Of a DNA stretch of 49,950 nt, positions 8,394 to 17,691 are shown one piece after another. A program made the position numbers and the translations under genes. Origin of the DNA: Lysobacterales bacterium (GTDB taxonomy: Bacteria > Pseudomonadota > Gammaproteobacteria > Xanthomonadales > Marinicellaceae); NCBI GenBank assembly GCA_026990095.1, contig JALSIL010000475.1, forward strand, positions 1 to 49,950, given 5' to 3'. The notes beneath the pieces are model-generated. The model did not search any database. It saw nothing but the letters and a program-made list of their open reading frames with translations, and was not told where the DNA came from. How positions within the stretch are numbered: the first letter of the stretch is position 1; every line of letters starts with the position of its first letter.

Positions 8394-9047
8394 TTATTTC
8401 CACACACCAAGTCTTTTTAGTTTTTTCATTAATCCATTAGGTGGTTTGCCGTGCTTATATGCCCTTTTGGCATATTCTAATGCCTTTTTATACTCTTTAA
8501 GTTTTACTAATAACAAGCTGTATGAATATTCAAATTTGGAGTTATCCGGGCTAATTTTCAAAGCTTCCTCATATTTTTTGGCAGCCTCTGTTAAACGGCC
8601 AATTTTGGTTAAATAATATCCATAAATAGCATAAAGCGCTGCATCTTTAGGATTATAATTAATAGCTCTTTGTAAATAGCACTCTGGTGAGTTAAGTAAT
8701 TTTTTTGTTGCCAACTTGTTCAATAGTTTAACTTGATAACGTATTGTGCTTAGCAAAGCCTTGTGGTGATTTGGTATCGACCTCAAGGTATAATCTAAAT
8801 CACTAGGCAAAGTTCCTGATTTTCCTTTAATTAGTAATTCAACATTTTTTGTAAAATGAAAAATTTCAACAACCGGAATTTTTTTTTTGTCACTAGGATT
8901 AATGTAATCATAAGGCCCATACCCATACCCAGGAGCCTCACCAACACATGGCACGCCATTTAAACTTGTTCCAACCCAAACCGGCTTTGACTTTGCCTGA
9001 ACTTGAGAAAAAAAAGAACTTATCAGTAATATTGCTAGAAATTTCAT
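8394..9047 (-). CDS. Secreted TPR-repeat protein
   Basis: The signal peptide is MKFLAILLISSFFSQVQA. The C-terminal half has TPR-like A/Y/L spacing (YAIYGYYLTKIGRLTEAAKKYEEALKISPDN...EYKKALEYAKRAY). Confidence 0.65.
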   Translation of the reverse strand: MKFLAILLISSFFSQVQAKSKPVWVGTSLNGVPCVGEAPGYGYGPYDYINPSDKKKIPVVEIFHFTKNVELLIKGKSGTLPSDLDYTLRSIPNHHKALLSTIRYQVKLLNKLATKKLLNSPECYLQRAINYNPKDAALYAIYGYYLTKIGRLTEAAKKYEEALKISPDNSKFEYSYSLLLVKLKEYKKALEYAKRAYKHGKPPNGLMKKLKRLGVWK

Positions 9048-9373
9048 AATGCTATGCAGTACTTACTAAAACAAAGTAGTTTTAGAATTATTGAAAAACC
9101 ACTTTAATTTATCATTTTTTTAAAGATGCGGATAATTTATAATGACCAAAATAATGACGCTTAATCATAAAACTCAGTGTGCACTAGTATGTTTATAACT
9201 CCATAAAGAACTTCATAATATCAAAACTAACTTGACATTGTTTCCAGTAAATATTTTAGGGTATCATAATAACTGAAATTTTGATTTAAATAATTACTAT
9301 TTAGGCCACAAATATATTGACCCTAGTTAAAGTCAACATTCCCTCAATTTTCTTCATTAAAACTATTCAGTTA

Positions 9374-10846
9374 TTATATATTACCAAACACCCTATTAAC
9401 TAAAAATCTTTCTGGGCCTGGCTTCCTGCCTCCTAGCAGCCATAAAAAAATCAAACAAAGACTAAAAACCACAATACCGAGGACAATACCCACCATCAAA
9501 TAAATAATGTCATAATCGATAATAAAATATTGTTTAATATGGATAGTATATTGGTTAACAATGTATCCCATTATTGCACCAGATATAAGCGGCCTATAAA
9601 TACTTATAAAAACGCTTCTAAATCTCATGTTAACTAGTCTATTTAACCTCATTATGCTAATAGGAAACATTATGAGAGAGGAAAATAAAATTGCAAACAC
9701 AGCCCCATTAACTCCATCATTTATTGTCAAAACAACCAAAAGTGGCAAATATATAAATATCCTTAAGCATAGTAATTTTGTTGTTATTTTTTGTTTTGCT
9801 AAAGCTAAGTAAATATAGCTTGAATTTGTATTCAAAGCCTCAAAAGCGCTAGCCAAAGATATTATCTGTATAATAAAAATAGCATCCACCCAATTATCTC
9901 CTAACATAACTGGAACCAGAAAAGGAGCAATTCCAAAAATCCCAAATGCACTAGGGAAAGCTATCAAAGCAATATAGGATAAAGTTTTTAAATATGTTTT
10001 TTTTAATTCGTCCTTATTATGCGATAACTTTGAATACCCAGGATAAGCTGCACGATTAATTGGAGCAATTATCTCTGTCGTTGTAATTGTTGCTATCTCA
10101 TTTGAAACTGAATAAACACCTAAACCTCTACTCCCAACAAATTTGGCCAAAATAAAGTTCTGGCTATAGTTATTTATAAAAAATAAAATATTATTAAGAA
10201 ACAGCCAAAAAGAAAAACTAAACAAATCTTTTATAGCAACAAGTGACAGTTTAGGTCGATAATTTTGCATAATATAACTTAACAACAAAGAGGTTATATT
10301 ACTCGATAGCATACCCAACAATAACGCCCAATAACTTCTCCAATACCATGCTATCGGTATAGTCACAATAAATCCTGAAATTTTAATTAAAACCTGATAA
10401 AGATATTCTTTATTGAAACTTAGCTTTTTTCTGAACTCTACAACACCAATATTATTAAAACCATTTATAAAAATAATTACAGCCATCATTTTTAAAACAT
10501 CAGATAATCGTTCATCCCCATAAAAATCTGCAGTAATATCTGAAACCGACATAATAATTGACGCTGCGGTTATTGCAAAAATGACCTCCATTGTCCATGC
10601 GGTATCATAATGTGTTCTACCTGCTCTTTGGTTCTGTATTAAAGCTGTATCAAAACCAAATTCTCTTATAATATTGACCATCGCATAAACAGCTGAGGCT
10701 AATGCCATCAAACCAAAATCATCAGGCGTCAATAAACGAGCTAAAATCATAGTGCTAATTACACTGATCCCTTTTATACTGAATTTAAGAGCTACCATCC
10801 ATATGGCCCCTCTTGCAATACCTTTATTTATGTTTTGATCTGACAA
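9374..10846 (-). CDS. Wzx-type oligosaccharide flippase (MOP superfamily polysaccharide biosynthesis protein)
   Basis: 490 aa with about 12-14 hydrophobic segments. The N-terminus GAIWMVALKFSIKGISVISTMILARLLTPDDFG is typical of Wzx/RfbX. The start is TTG with AAGGG 8 nt upstream. Confidence 0.75.
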   Translation of the reverse strand: MSDQNINKGIARGAIWMVALKFSIKGISVISTMILARLLTPDDFGLMALASAVYAMVNIIREFGFDTALIQNQRAGRTHYDTAWTMEVIFAITAASIIMSVSDITADFYGDERLSDVLKMMAVIIFINGFNNIGVVEFRKKLSFNKEYLYQVLIKISGFIVTIPIAWYWRSYWALLLGMLSSNITSLLLSYIMQNYRPKLSLVAIKDLFSFSFWLFLNNILFFINNYSQNFILAKFVGSRGLGVYSVSNEIATITTTEIIAPINRAAYPGYSKLSHNKDELKKTYLKTLSYIALIAFPSAFGIFGIAPFLVPVMLGDNWVDAIFIIQIISLASAFEALNTNSSYIYLALAKQKITTKLLCLRIFIYLPLLVVLTINDGVNGAVFAILFSSLIMFPISIMRLNRLVNMRFRSVFISIYRPLISGAIMGYIVNQYTIHIKQYFIIDYDIIYLMVGIVLGIVVFSLCLIFLWLLGGRKPGPERFLVNRVFGNI

Positions 10847-11057
10847 AATAAACCCTTAACAAAATACACCCTACAATTCTGCGCATTTAAAAATACTCAT
10901 AAATTCATAGTTTAATAAATAACAATAAGTTACTACAATAATTACCACAATCAATCAAGCGTTCATTGCATTGCAAAATGAATAGATAGACAAATAGTAA
11001 AGTCGAATTCACCTGTTTATTTTGAAATTCCAATTTTGCTCTTAATTAACCCTTCAC

Positions 11058-12326
11058 CTAACTTTTATCCATAATTTTCAAGAAAACACCTTTTTTTTCT
11101 AGTTGTTTTGAATATTCATTTATCAAAATTACAATAGCAACTATATTCCATGGCAAATCAAAATAAGACAAACTCAGAAAAGCTCCCCCAGAAAAATATG
11201 CTATTAAACTAACTTTCAATAGCTTGGCAAGCAAATAAATATCACGAGCTGCTTCCTTCTTCTTAGTTTCTTTTATTATATTTGATAATGTTTTCCATAC
11301 CCCACAAAATATTAATAAAAAAAGAAATAAACCTACCCAGCCATGATCAGCAAGCACACTGAAATAAATACTGTGAGCAGCATGAACAGCTTCCGGGTTG
11401 GGTGCATAAATCAAAAAAGTATCATAACTCCAAGCATCTAACCCTACTCCAGAAAAATTGTCATTAGCGGCATTAAAGGCATACTCCCATGCATTCAGCC
11501 TCCCCATTGCAGAGCTGTCATTCTGATACGTTTCAATGGTTTCCATCCGTTTATACCAACTCTCAGGCATAAAAGCCAAAAGAACTCCTGCAAATATTAT
11601 TATCAGAAAACCAGAAGCCATTTTACTACTACTTTCTTTCCAATAAAAAAAACCTACACTTAATATAGCAATTAAAGCCCCTCTGGATTGACTTCCCAAA
11701 ACGGTAAATAAGCTCAAAATAATTGCTACTATCATCCCCTTTTTGACCCAGCCATTCTCTGATGTTTGATACAGAAACATCATCAACGGAATGGTCATTA
11801 ATATTGCAACAGCCAGGGCATTATTATCTTCAATAAACCCCCCTGGGGGACCCCAAACTCTTCCACCTCCGGCTGTCACAATAGTATAAATGCCGCCTTT
11901 AATACTATAAAATCCTATGGATAAAACGATAGTCCATATTAGATACCTCATTTTTTCCATATCATCAATTAATAATAATACCAAAAACGTTACCATCTGA
12001 ATTTTAATAATCTTTTTATATTGAATCCATGCATCATCTGGAAAATATGCAAAAAATGTTGATATTCCCATCCATACAATAAAAATTATCCATACTGGTA
12101 AAAGCCAATGTTTGGGAAAGCTTCTTTTTTCTTTTGAAAATAGAAGCGATGCAAATGTAGCAATAGCCACTATCTGCGCAAACGGCATATCAAAAGCAAA
12201 TCCAAACGCCAAGCGATGAGGATTCATATAACTGAGCCACGACCAAACTATAATTCCAATCCATGGACGTTTAAAAATATAGGGTATCGAACCAAACACC
12301 AGGGCCGTAATTAGAATATCGCGCAA
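11058..12326 (-). CDS. O-antigen-ligase-like membrane protein ('putative O-glycosylation ligase, exosortase A system-associated' type)
   Basis: 422 aa and polytopic. The N-terminus MRDILITALVFGSIPYIFKRPWIGIIVWSWLSYMNPHRLAFGFAFDMPFAQI matches my memory of this family. The start is TTG. Confidence 0.7.
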   Translation of the reverse strand: MRDILITALVFGSIPYIFKRPWIGIIVWSWLSYMNPHRLAFGFAFDMPFAQIVAIATFASLLFSKEKRSFPKHWLLPVWIIFIVWMGISTFFAYFPDDAWIQYKKIIKIQMVTFLVLLLIDDMEKMRYLIWTIVLSIGFYSIKGGIYTIVTAGGGRVWGPPGGFIEDNNALAVAILMTIPLMMFLYQTSENGWVKKGMIVAIILSLFTVLGSQSRGALIAILSVGFFYWKESSSKMASGFLIIIFAGVLLAFMPESWYKRMETIETYQNDSSAMGRLNAWEYAFNAANDNFSGVGLDAWSYDTFLIYAPNPEAVHAAHSIYFSVLADHGWVGLFLFLLIFCGVWKTLSNIIKETKKKEAARDIYLLAKLLKVSLIAYFSGGAFLSLSYFDLPWNIVAIVILINEYSKQLEKKGVFLKIMDKS

Positions 12327-12342
12327 TTTTGTGACCTGTTTA

Positions 12343-13305
12343 TTATTTGCTTAGATAACTATTTGCAATACGCAGCATAAATTTCTCTGGAACAGAATCC
12401 CAAGGTGTAAATCTCGGCAACTGCAATCGATCAGAGTTATTATCCATTACTCCCCACAGTGTTGAGAGAGCAGCCTGATAATTATTGGCTTTAACCATTT
12501 GCACATGCTCAGGCAAATAATCATGTTCCGGCTTACCATTTGGATAAGCAAAAAAGTTAATTTGTGTTTCTAAAATACCTTCCAAAACCTGCTTGTTGTC
12601 TTTGATCTCTACGTTTGCTTGTGCATCAGTAAGTGTTGCTAAAATTGGATGAGTTTTTGTATGCCCACCAATTTCCATACCACTTTCATGTAACTTCCTT
12701 AGTTGTCCTGTCGTAAGCATTATTTCAGATGCACTTTTTGGAATAAACGAAAAAAAATATTCGGCATATTCTTTCCTTTGGTTTGGCTCGCAATGTTTTA
12801 TAGTTTTAAGAATTGTTTCAGCTACCCTAGCTTTTTTTTCATCATTCGAAATATCAAAATCTCCTAATTTAAAATCCCTTAAATCGAGCTTATCTCCCTG
12901 AACATTTCTCACCCCTTCAATAACGCAATCATTCCACATGATTCCACCGTCTAAAAATCCATCTGCAATGAAGAAGGTTGCTTCCAAACCGAATTTATTC
13001 AATATAGGCAGTGCATATAAATAATTATCGGCATAACCATCATCGAAGGTAATACAAACTGCTCGGGGAGGAAGATTATCTTCATCGGCTTTTTTGAGTG
13101 CATCCTTTAAAGAAAGCACGTTAAAATAACGCGACATCAGCTCCATATGCCACGTAAATACGTTCTTATCAACTTCACCGGGTCGCATGAAATCAGGCTC
13201 ATCCAAAACCCGGTGATAAATTAATATTAAAAGCTTTTTCTGTTTTCCGATCCCTGATGAAATTGTAGACAAGTGCTTTAACGTGGAACGTACTATGTGC
13301 TTCAT
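12343..13305 (-). CDS. Polysaccharide deacetylase (NodB homology domain)
   Basis: Motifs are ITFDDGYADNY and GGHTKTHPIL. I prefer ATG 13305 (MKHIV...), which avoids overlapping the upstream gene. The track ORF begins at 13344. Confidence 0.75.
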   Translation of the reverse strand: MKHIVRSTLKHLSTISSGIGKQKKLLILIYHRVLDEPDFMRPGEVDKNVFTWHMELMSRYFNVLSLKDALKKADEDNLPPRAVCITFDDGYADNYLYALPILNKFGLEATFFIADGFLDGGIMWNDCVIEGVRNVQGDKLDLRDFKLGDFDISNDEKKARVAETILKTIKHCEPNQRKEYAEYFFSFIPKSASEIMLTTGQLRKLHESGMEIGGHTKTHPILATLTDAQANVEIKDNKQVLEGILETQINFFAYPNGKPEHDYLPEHVQMVKANNYQAALSTLWGVMDNNSDRLQLPRFTPWDSVPEKFMLRIANSYLSK

Positions 13306-13312
13306 TTCTAAT

Positions 13313-15109
13313 CTAAATTTTCTTTGCCTGCATCCATAACTCAAGCATCATTAAAATCCATATCAATTCGCCATAATATGCCGCATGAATACTTTGATGC
13401 ATCTTAATCGAATGATCTAGAAAATCCGGGACAAAATAAGACCGTTTTTTTAAACTATTGATGCTGTCATAAGCTAACTCTTTCAATGGCTGAAAGTCTT
13501 TTAACCAAATTCCAAATGGCAACCCAAAACCATGCTTGGATTTATTTAGAATTTCATCGGGCAAAAAACCATTCATCGCATGCTTATAAAACCAGCGTAA
13601 TTTTTGTCCTTTCATTTTAATTGATGAAGGAATTTTAAGTGATAACTTAAGCACTTCATGATCCAGCAGAGGATAATGAACTTCAACACCAGCCATTTCG
13701 CACATTTTGTTGACTTTAACTAAATCATTGTCATGTAAAGTAGTTTTCCAGTCCATATACAGCATTCTATTTAAAGATGTCGCATTTTCTGGACGCCGAT
13801 AGCTATCGCGCAAACTTTCAAGTGGTTGGCTAGTAACTATGTGAGATAAAAAATCTGCCTGGAAAATCTCTTCTGCTTGATGCCTATGCAGAAAATTGTA
13901 ATCTTGCAATCGATCAGGCAAAGGTGTCTCAGCCTGCTCAATGTATCGTTTAGCCTTGAAAATCAGATTGTTATTAGAAACAACTTCAGGTGCTTTTGTT
14001 AGGAAAGATTTCAATAGTTGCCTAAATGGAGCAGGAACAGAAAAATATTTCTCAAAAAGCAGTTGTCTTGCGTAACGCTCATTTCCAGCAAAAAGCTCAT
14101 CACCGCCATCCCCTGCTAACAAAACGTCTATACCATTATCTTTTGCTAACTTAGCGCAATAAAAAGCAGCTAAAGCAGATGAATTTCCGAATGGCTCATC
14201 GTAGTAAGCGGCAATATCAGGAATTGCAGCAACCGTATCTTCCGCTGTTACATAGTATTCATGTTGAATTGTTTTGAAATTCTCTGAAGCAATGCGAGCA
14301 AAAGAGATCTCATCATATCCTTCAACAGGAAACCCCATTGAAAAAGTGTTGGCTTGATCCGGATACACTTTGGCAAGTGCACCAGCTACACTTGAACTAT
14401 CTAATCCACCACTAAGAAAGGCACCCGTTTGCCCCGCACTACTGGATAATCGCTTAACAGATCGAAAAAGCGTTTCTTGGAGTTCTTTACTGGCATCTGA
14501 AAGGGAAAAATCCATTGTTTCTGAAAATGTGGGAACCCAATAGCGATTTAAACTCATTTTCCCTGCTTGGAAAACCAGTTGCTGCCCACCTTCCAGTTTT
14601 TTTACTGATTCATAAATTGTGTTGGGGCTAGGGCAGTGATGAAAATAAACATAATCATAAATAGATTGCAAAAAAATGTTGTTATTTACCTCGGGATGGG
14701 CAATAACTGCATCGGCTGTAGAACTAAAAACCAAACCATTAGGCGTCTCAGCAAAATATAAATTTCTGTGGCCTAAAGGATCAATAGCAAGCAATAGTTT
14801 TTTGTTTTCAGTGTCAATAATAATTAATGAGAAATCTCCTTTGACATTATTAATGAACTGATCGCCATTTTCCAAATAGTCTTTGGCTATCTTTGTTAAA
14901 TCATCCCTTTCATTTAACCCACCTCCGTAACCAATAAAAATACATTGTCCTAATTCGGTAATGTGATTTTCTGTTGCTGAACAAACAGAAAATGATGTCG
15001 CCAATGTTTTGACTTTGTTTCTATATTGTTTAGGTGCATATTCAGTCATCTTAGTTGATAACTCAATAGCTCCCAAATTACTGCCAACCCAACCCGCTAC
15101 AAATCCCAT
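13313..15109 (-). CDS. Asparagine synthase family protein, paralogue 2, lacking the N-terminal catalytic cysteine
   Basis: It starts MGFVAGWVG where canonical enzymes have MCGIxG. It retains the synthetase domain: FLSGGLDSS PP-loop, YDEPFGNSSA and LAGDGGDELF. Confidence 0.8.
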   Translation of the reverse strand: MGFVAGWVGSNLGAIELSTKMTEYAPKQYRNKVKTLATSFSVCSATENHITELGQCIFIGYGGGLNERDDLTKIAKDYLENGDQFINNVKGDFSLIIIDTENKKLLLAIDPLGHRNLYFAETPNGLVFSSTADAVIAHPEVNNNIFLQSIYDYVYFHHCPSPNTIYESVKKLEGGQQLVFQAGKMSLNRYWVPTFSETMDFSLSDASKELQETLFRSVKRLSSSAGQTGAFLSGGLDSSSVAGALAKVYPDQANTFSMGFPVEGYDEISFARIASENFKTIQHEYYVTAEDTVAAIPDIAAYYDEPFGNSSALAAFYCAKLAKDNGIDVLLAGDGGDELFAGNERYARQLLFEKYFSVPAPFRQLLKSFLTKAPEVVSNNNLIFKAKRYIEQAETPLPDRLQDYNFLHRHQAEEIFQADFLSHIVTSQPLESLRDSYRRPENATSLNRMLYMDWKTTLHDNDLVKVNKMCEMAGVEVHYPLLDHEVLKLSLKIPSSIKMKGQKLRWFYKHAMNGFLPDEILNKSKHGFGLPFGIWLKDFQPLKELAYDSINSLKKRSYFVPDFLDHSIKMHQSIHAAYYGELIWILMMLELWMQAKKI

Positions 15110-15126
15110 GTAAAATACTCGCCTCT

Positions 15127-16476
15127 CTAAATAGTAACTTTACTAATCACGTACCTGAACTTACCCGATTTTTCTTTTTTAATTTCGTTCAGGTATTCAA
15201 ATATAACTTCTATTTTTTTACCTAAACGTTTTTTAAACTCTTGTTTAATATAATCTAGTTGTTTGGGGTTAAATTCATTATTCTTTACAATCTGGACAAT
15301 TATCTTATCCTTGCTTTCTTGAATAATTTTAAATGCGGCAATCCCTTCCAAATCCCTAAGCACATAAATTAATGCCAAACCATGTAATATAGTACCATCC
15401 TGTGCGACAACAAAATCAGTTGTCCTGCCTTGAATTTCTTTAAGTATAGGCAAACCTCGCCCACACGAACAAGTATCATCTGATAAAACACCAATATCAC
15501 CGGTACGATATCTTATAAAAGGAAAATCCTGGGTAGCGAGATGAGTAACCACAACTTCTCCACTCTCACCTTTTGGGAGCACATTCCCTTCACCATCAAT
15601 AATTTCAACGATAATATCTTCAGCAGAAATATGCATCGATCCCGATGGACATTGATGCGCAATAAAGCCAGCATCCCTGCCTCCGTAGCCATTTGCCACA
15701 GGGCAAGCAAACATGCGCTCAATTATTTCGCGCTGATGATCATACAATTTTTCTGAAGTAACAAACGCGACTTTAATATCCAATTCGCTAAATGTTACAC
15801 CTTTTTTTTCAGCGTGACTTGCAATATGTGCAAGAGCGGATGGATATCCGAAAAGCATTTTTGGCTTGATGGTTTTAATTTGTTGAATAAAACCATCAAG
15901 ATTTTTTTTTGACATTTCAAAAGCCGGCACCAAATGGCTGCGGATAACTTTATCCCTCAACATTTTAATTTTGTCTTGGGATCCAAGTTCGACAGGTGAA
16001 CCCCAGATTACAATTTCCGGATCACCAATATCGACACCCCACCATCTGGTAGCTCTCCATTTCGCGGCCACGTCATGTGTAACCCTGTCCTTACCAATAA
16101 AAAAAATTAAAGGTTCGCCACTTGATCCACCAGTATTATACCGGGCTAAGCTCTCGGCATTATCTGATTTTAAGCGCTCAGTATTTGAACGTATTTCTTT
16201 TTTACCAAACAATGGAATTTTGGTTAACTCATTCAGGTTCGTAATGTTTGATGGTTCAAGCCCTGTAGCCTCAAAAATTTCTCGATAGTAAGGCACATCA
16301 CGACCCACAATTGTCAAAAAATCTTTTAGCTTCGTTATTTGAATTTGTTCAATTTCTCCAGATGAAAACCACTGTGATTTTTCCAGTTCTTTTCTAACAG
16401 TGACTGAGTCATGCTTTTTTATATATTCATGCAAAGGAAAAATTACATTTGAAACTAGCCGTGTATATAAACTCAT
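15127..16476 (-). CDS. Adenylate-forming enzyme, phenylacetate-CoA ligase / CapK-like
   Basis: 449 aa. It has YNTGGSSGEPL (a P-loop-like AMP motif), GYGGRD, and a YRTGD-type motif (RYRTGDIG). The architecture is typical of PaaK/CapK/F390-synthetase-like proteins in capsule loci. Confidence 0.7.
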   Translation of the reverse strand: MSLYTRLVSNVIFPLHEYIKKHDSVTVRKELEKSQWFSSGEIEQIQITKLKDFLTIVGRDVPYYREIFEATGLEPSNITNLNELTKIPLFGKKEIRSNTERLKSDNAESLARYNTGGSSGEPLIFFIGKDRVTHDVAAKWRATRWWGVDIGDPEIVIWGSPVELGSQDKIKMLRDKVIRSHLVPAFEMSKKNLDGFIQQIKTIKPKMLFGYPSALAHIASHAEKKGVTFSELDIKVAFVTSEKLYDHQREIIERMFACPVANGYGGRDAGFIAHQCPSGSMHISAEDIIVEIIDGEGNVLPKGESGEVVVTHLATQDFPFIRYRTGDIGVLSDDTCSCGRGLPILKEIQGRTTDFVVAQDGTILHGLALIYVLRDLEGIAAFKIIQESKDKIIVQIVKNNEFNPKQLDYIKQEFKKRLGKKIEVIFEYLNEIKKEKSGKFRYVISKVTI

Positions 16477-17558
16477 TTTTTATTTGATAACTGATGGTAT
16501 AAATCAATCCATTGGTGTTTAACCTCATGCCAGGAATATTTTTTGACTTCTTCAATGCCATTTTTGGCAAGTGCATTGTATAAATTTTTATCCTGATAAA
16601 GTTTAAACACCGCATTTGCCATTGCTTCTGGTTGACCAATCTCGACTAACAATGCGGTAACATTATTTTCCGTAATATACGGAATACCACCAGCACTCGT
16701 TGTCACTACCGGCACTCCACAGGCCATTGATTCCAAAATTGCATTTGGCATATTGTCCACTAAGCTTGGATTCAACATAATATCCGAAGAATGAAAAAGT
16801 CTCACCATTTCATCTGGTGTGATTTTCCCTACAAACTTAATGTTTCCCTCTAAATCCAACTCTTTTACTAAAGACAATAATTGTTTTTCTTGCGGCCCAC
16901 TTCCCGCAATAAACAAACGAACGTGCGGATATGTTTTTTTTAAATATTTCACGGCACGAATGGCACTGTCTATCCCATAAATGCTTTCCAGATTTCGAGC
17001 AACCATTAAGCGAAATTGGAATTGGCTATTTTCTTTTGGGGTAAATCTATCCAAATTTATAATATTAGGGATGATCTCACTTTCAAAATTAAACTCCGAA
17101 AAAATTTTTTGTAAATACCCCGAAGGAACAATTATTTTTTCAGCCTTTCGTAAAGTTGGGCGAACCCAATGGATCGATTTACTAAGATATTGTCGTGCCT
17201 CCCCCCCCCTGTAATTAACTATAACAGGCTTTTTTCTGATCCACCCCGCCCAAATAACTGGCGCGGAAAACAATTGCCAAGCCCACCCAGAGTTTGAAAA
17301 AACATGCACTACATCAACTGTTTTTGATAAATCCCAAACCTTTAAAAAAAAAGGAATAATACGAAAAAGTGCCCTCAGACCTTTGATTCTTCCAACGACT
17401 GCAGGCTGATATGGTGCATTATTTTGAACAAATACAACCTCAATATTTTCATTTCTCAGTAGTTCAACTAACTGCTTTGCCTGATTGGCCATACCACCAA
17501 ATGGCGGCGGGAAAGGACCAACTATACCGATGGAGAGACTATGACTTTTGTCTAGCAT
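16473..17558 (-). CDS. Glycosyltransferase family 4 (GT-B)
   Basis: The N-terminus is GIVGPFPPPFGGMANQ. The C-terminal EX7E-type region is NPSLVDNMPNAILESMACGVPVVTT. An ATGA overlap links it to the downstream gene. Confidence 0.8.
   Translation of the reverse strand: MLDKSHSLSIGIVGPFPPPFGGMANQAKQLVELLRNENIEVVFVQNNAPYQPAVVGRIKGLRALFRIIPFFLKVWDLSKTVDVVHVFSNSGWAWQLFSAPVIWAGWIRKKPVIVNYRGGEARQYLSKSIHWVRPTLRKAEKIIVPSGYLQKIFSEFNFESEIIPNIINLDRFTPKENSQFQFRLMVARNLESIYGIDSAIRAVKYLKKTYPHVRLFIAGSGPQEKQLLSLVKELDLEGNIKFVGKITPDEMVRLFHSSDIMLNPSLVDNMPNAILESMACGVPVVTTSAGGIPYITENNVTALLVEIGQPEAMANAVFKLYQDKNLYNALAKNGIEEVKKYSWHEVKHQWIDLYHQLSNKK
17201..17209 (-). repeat. G9 homopolymer (C9 on the plus strand) inside the GT4 coding sequence
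   Basis: Read directly: AAT TAC AGG GGG GGG GAG = N-Y-R117-G118-G119-E120. The only other G/C run of this length in the window is the one at 17683-17691. Confidence 0.9.
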
Positions 17559-17682
17559 TAAATGTATCGTTTTTTTGACTTTAGAAAAATAGCTTGGCGA
17601 ATATTAGAATAACAACGTATAAATAAATGAATAATGAATCAATAATTTTTCTTACCTAGAAAAAGCTATCAAAATACATTCA

Positions 17683-17691
17683 CCCCCCCCC
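17683..17691. repeat. C9 homopolymer in the divergent intergenic region
   Basis: Read directly (cattcaCCCCCCCCCttagc). It lies 125 nt upstream of the GT4 start codon (17558) and 340 nt upstream of the plus-strand gene at 18031. Confidence 0.9.

Noticed and set aside
8879-8888. A/T homopolymers of 8-10 nt in coding regions as slippage sites. Examples are T10 at 8879-8888 in the TPR gene, T9 near 15902 in the CapK-like gene and A9 near 17344 in the GT4 gene.
   Set aside because: Such runs are frequent throughout this AT-rich sequence and mostly encode Lys/Phe stretches. Unlike the G9/C9 tracts, they are not compositionally surprising.
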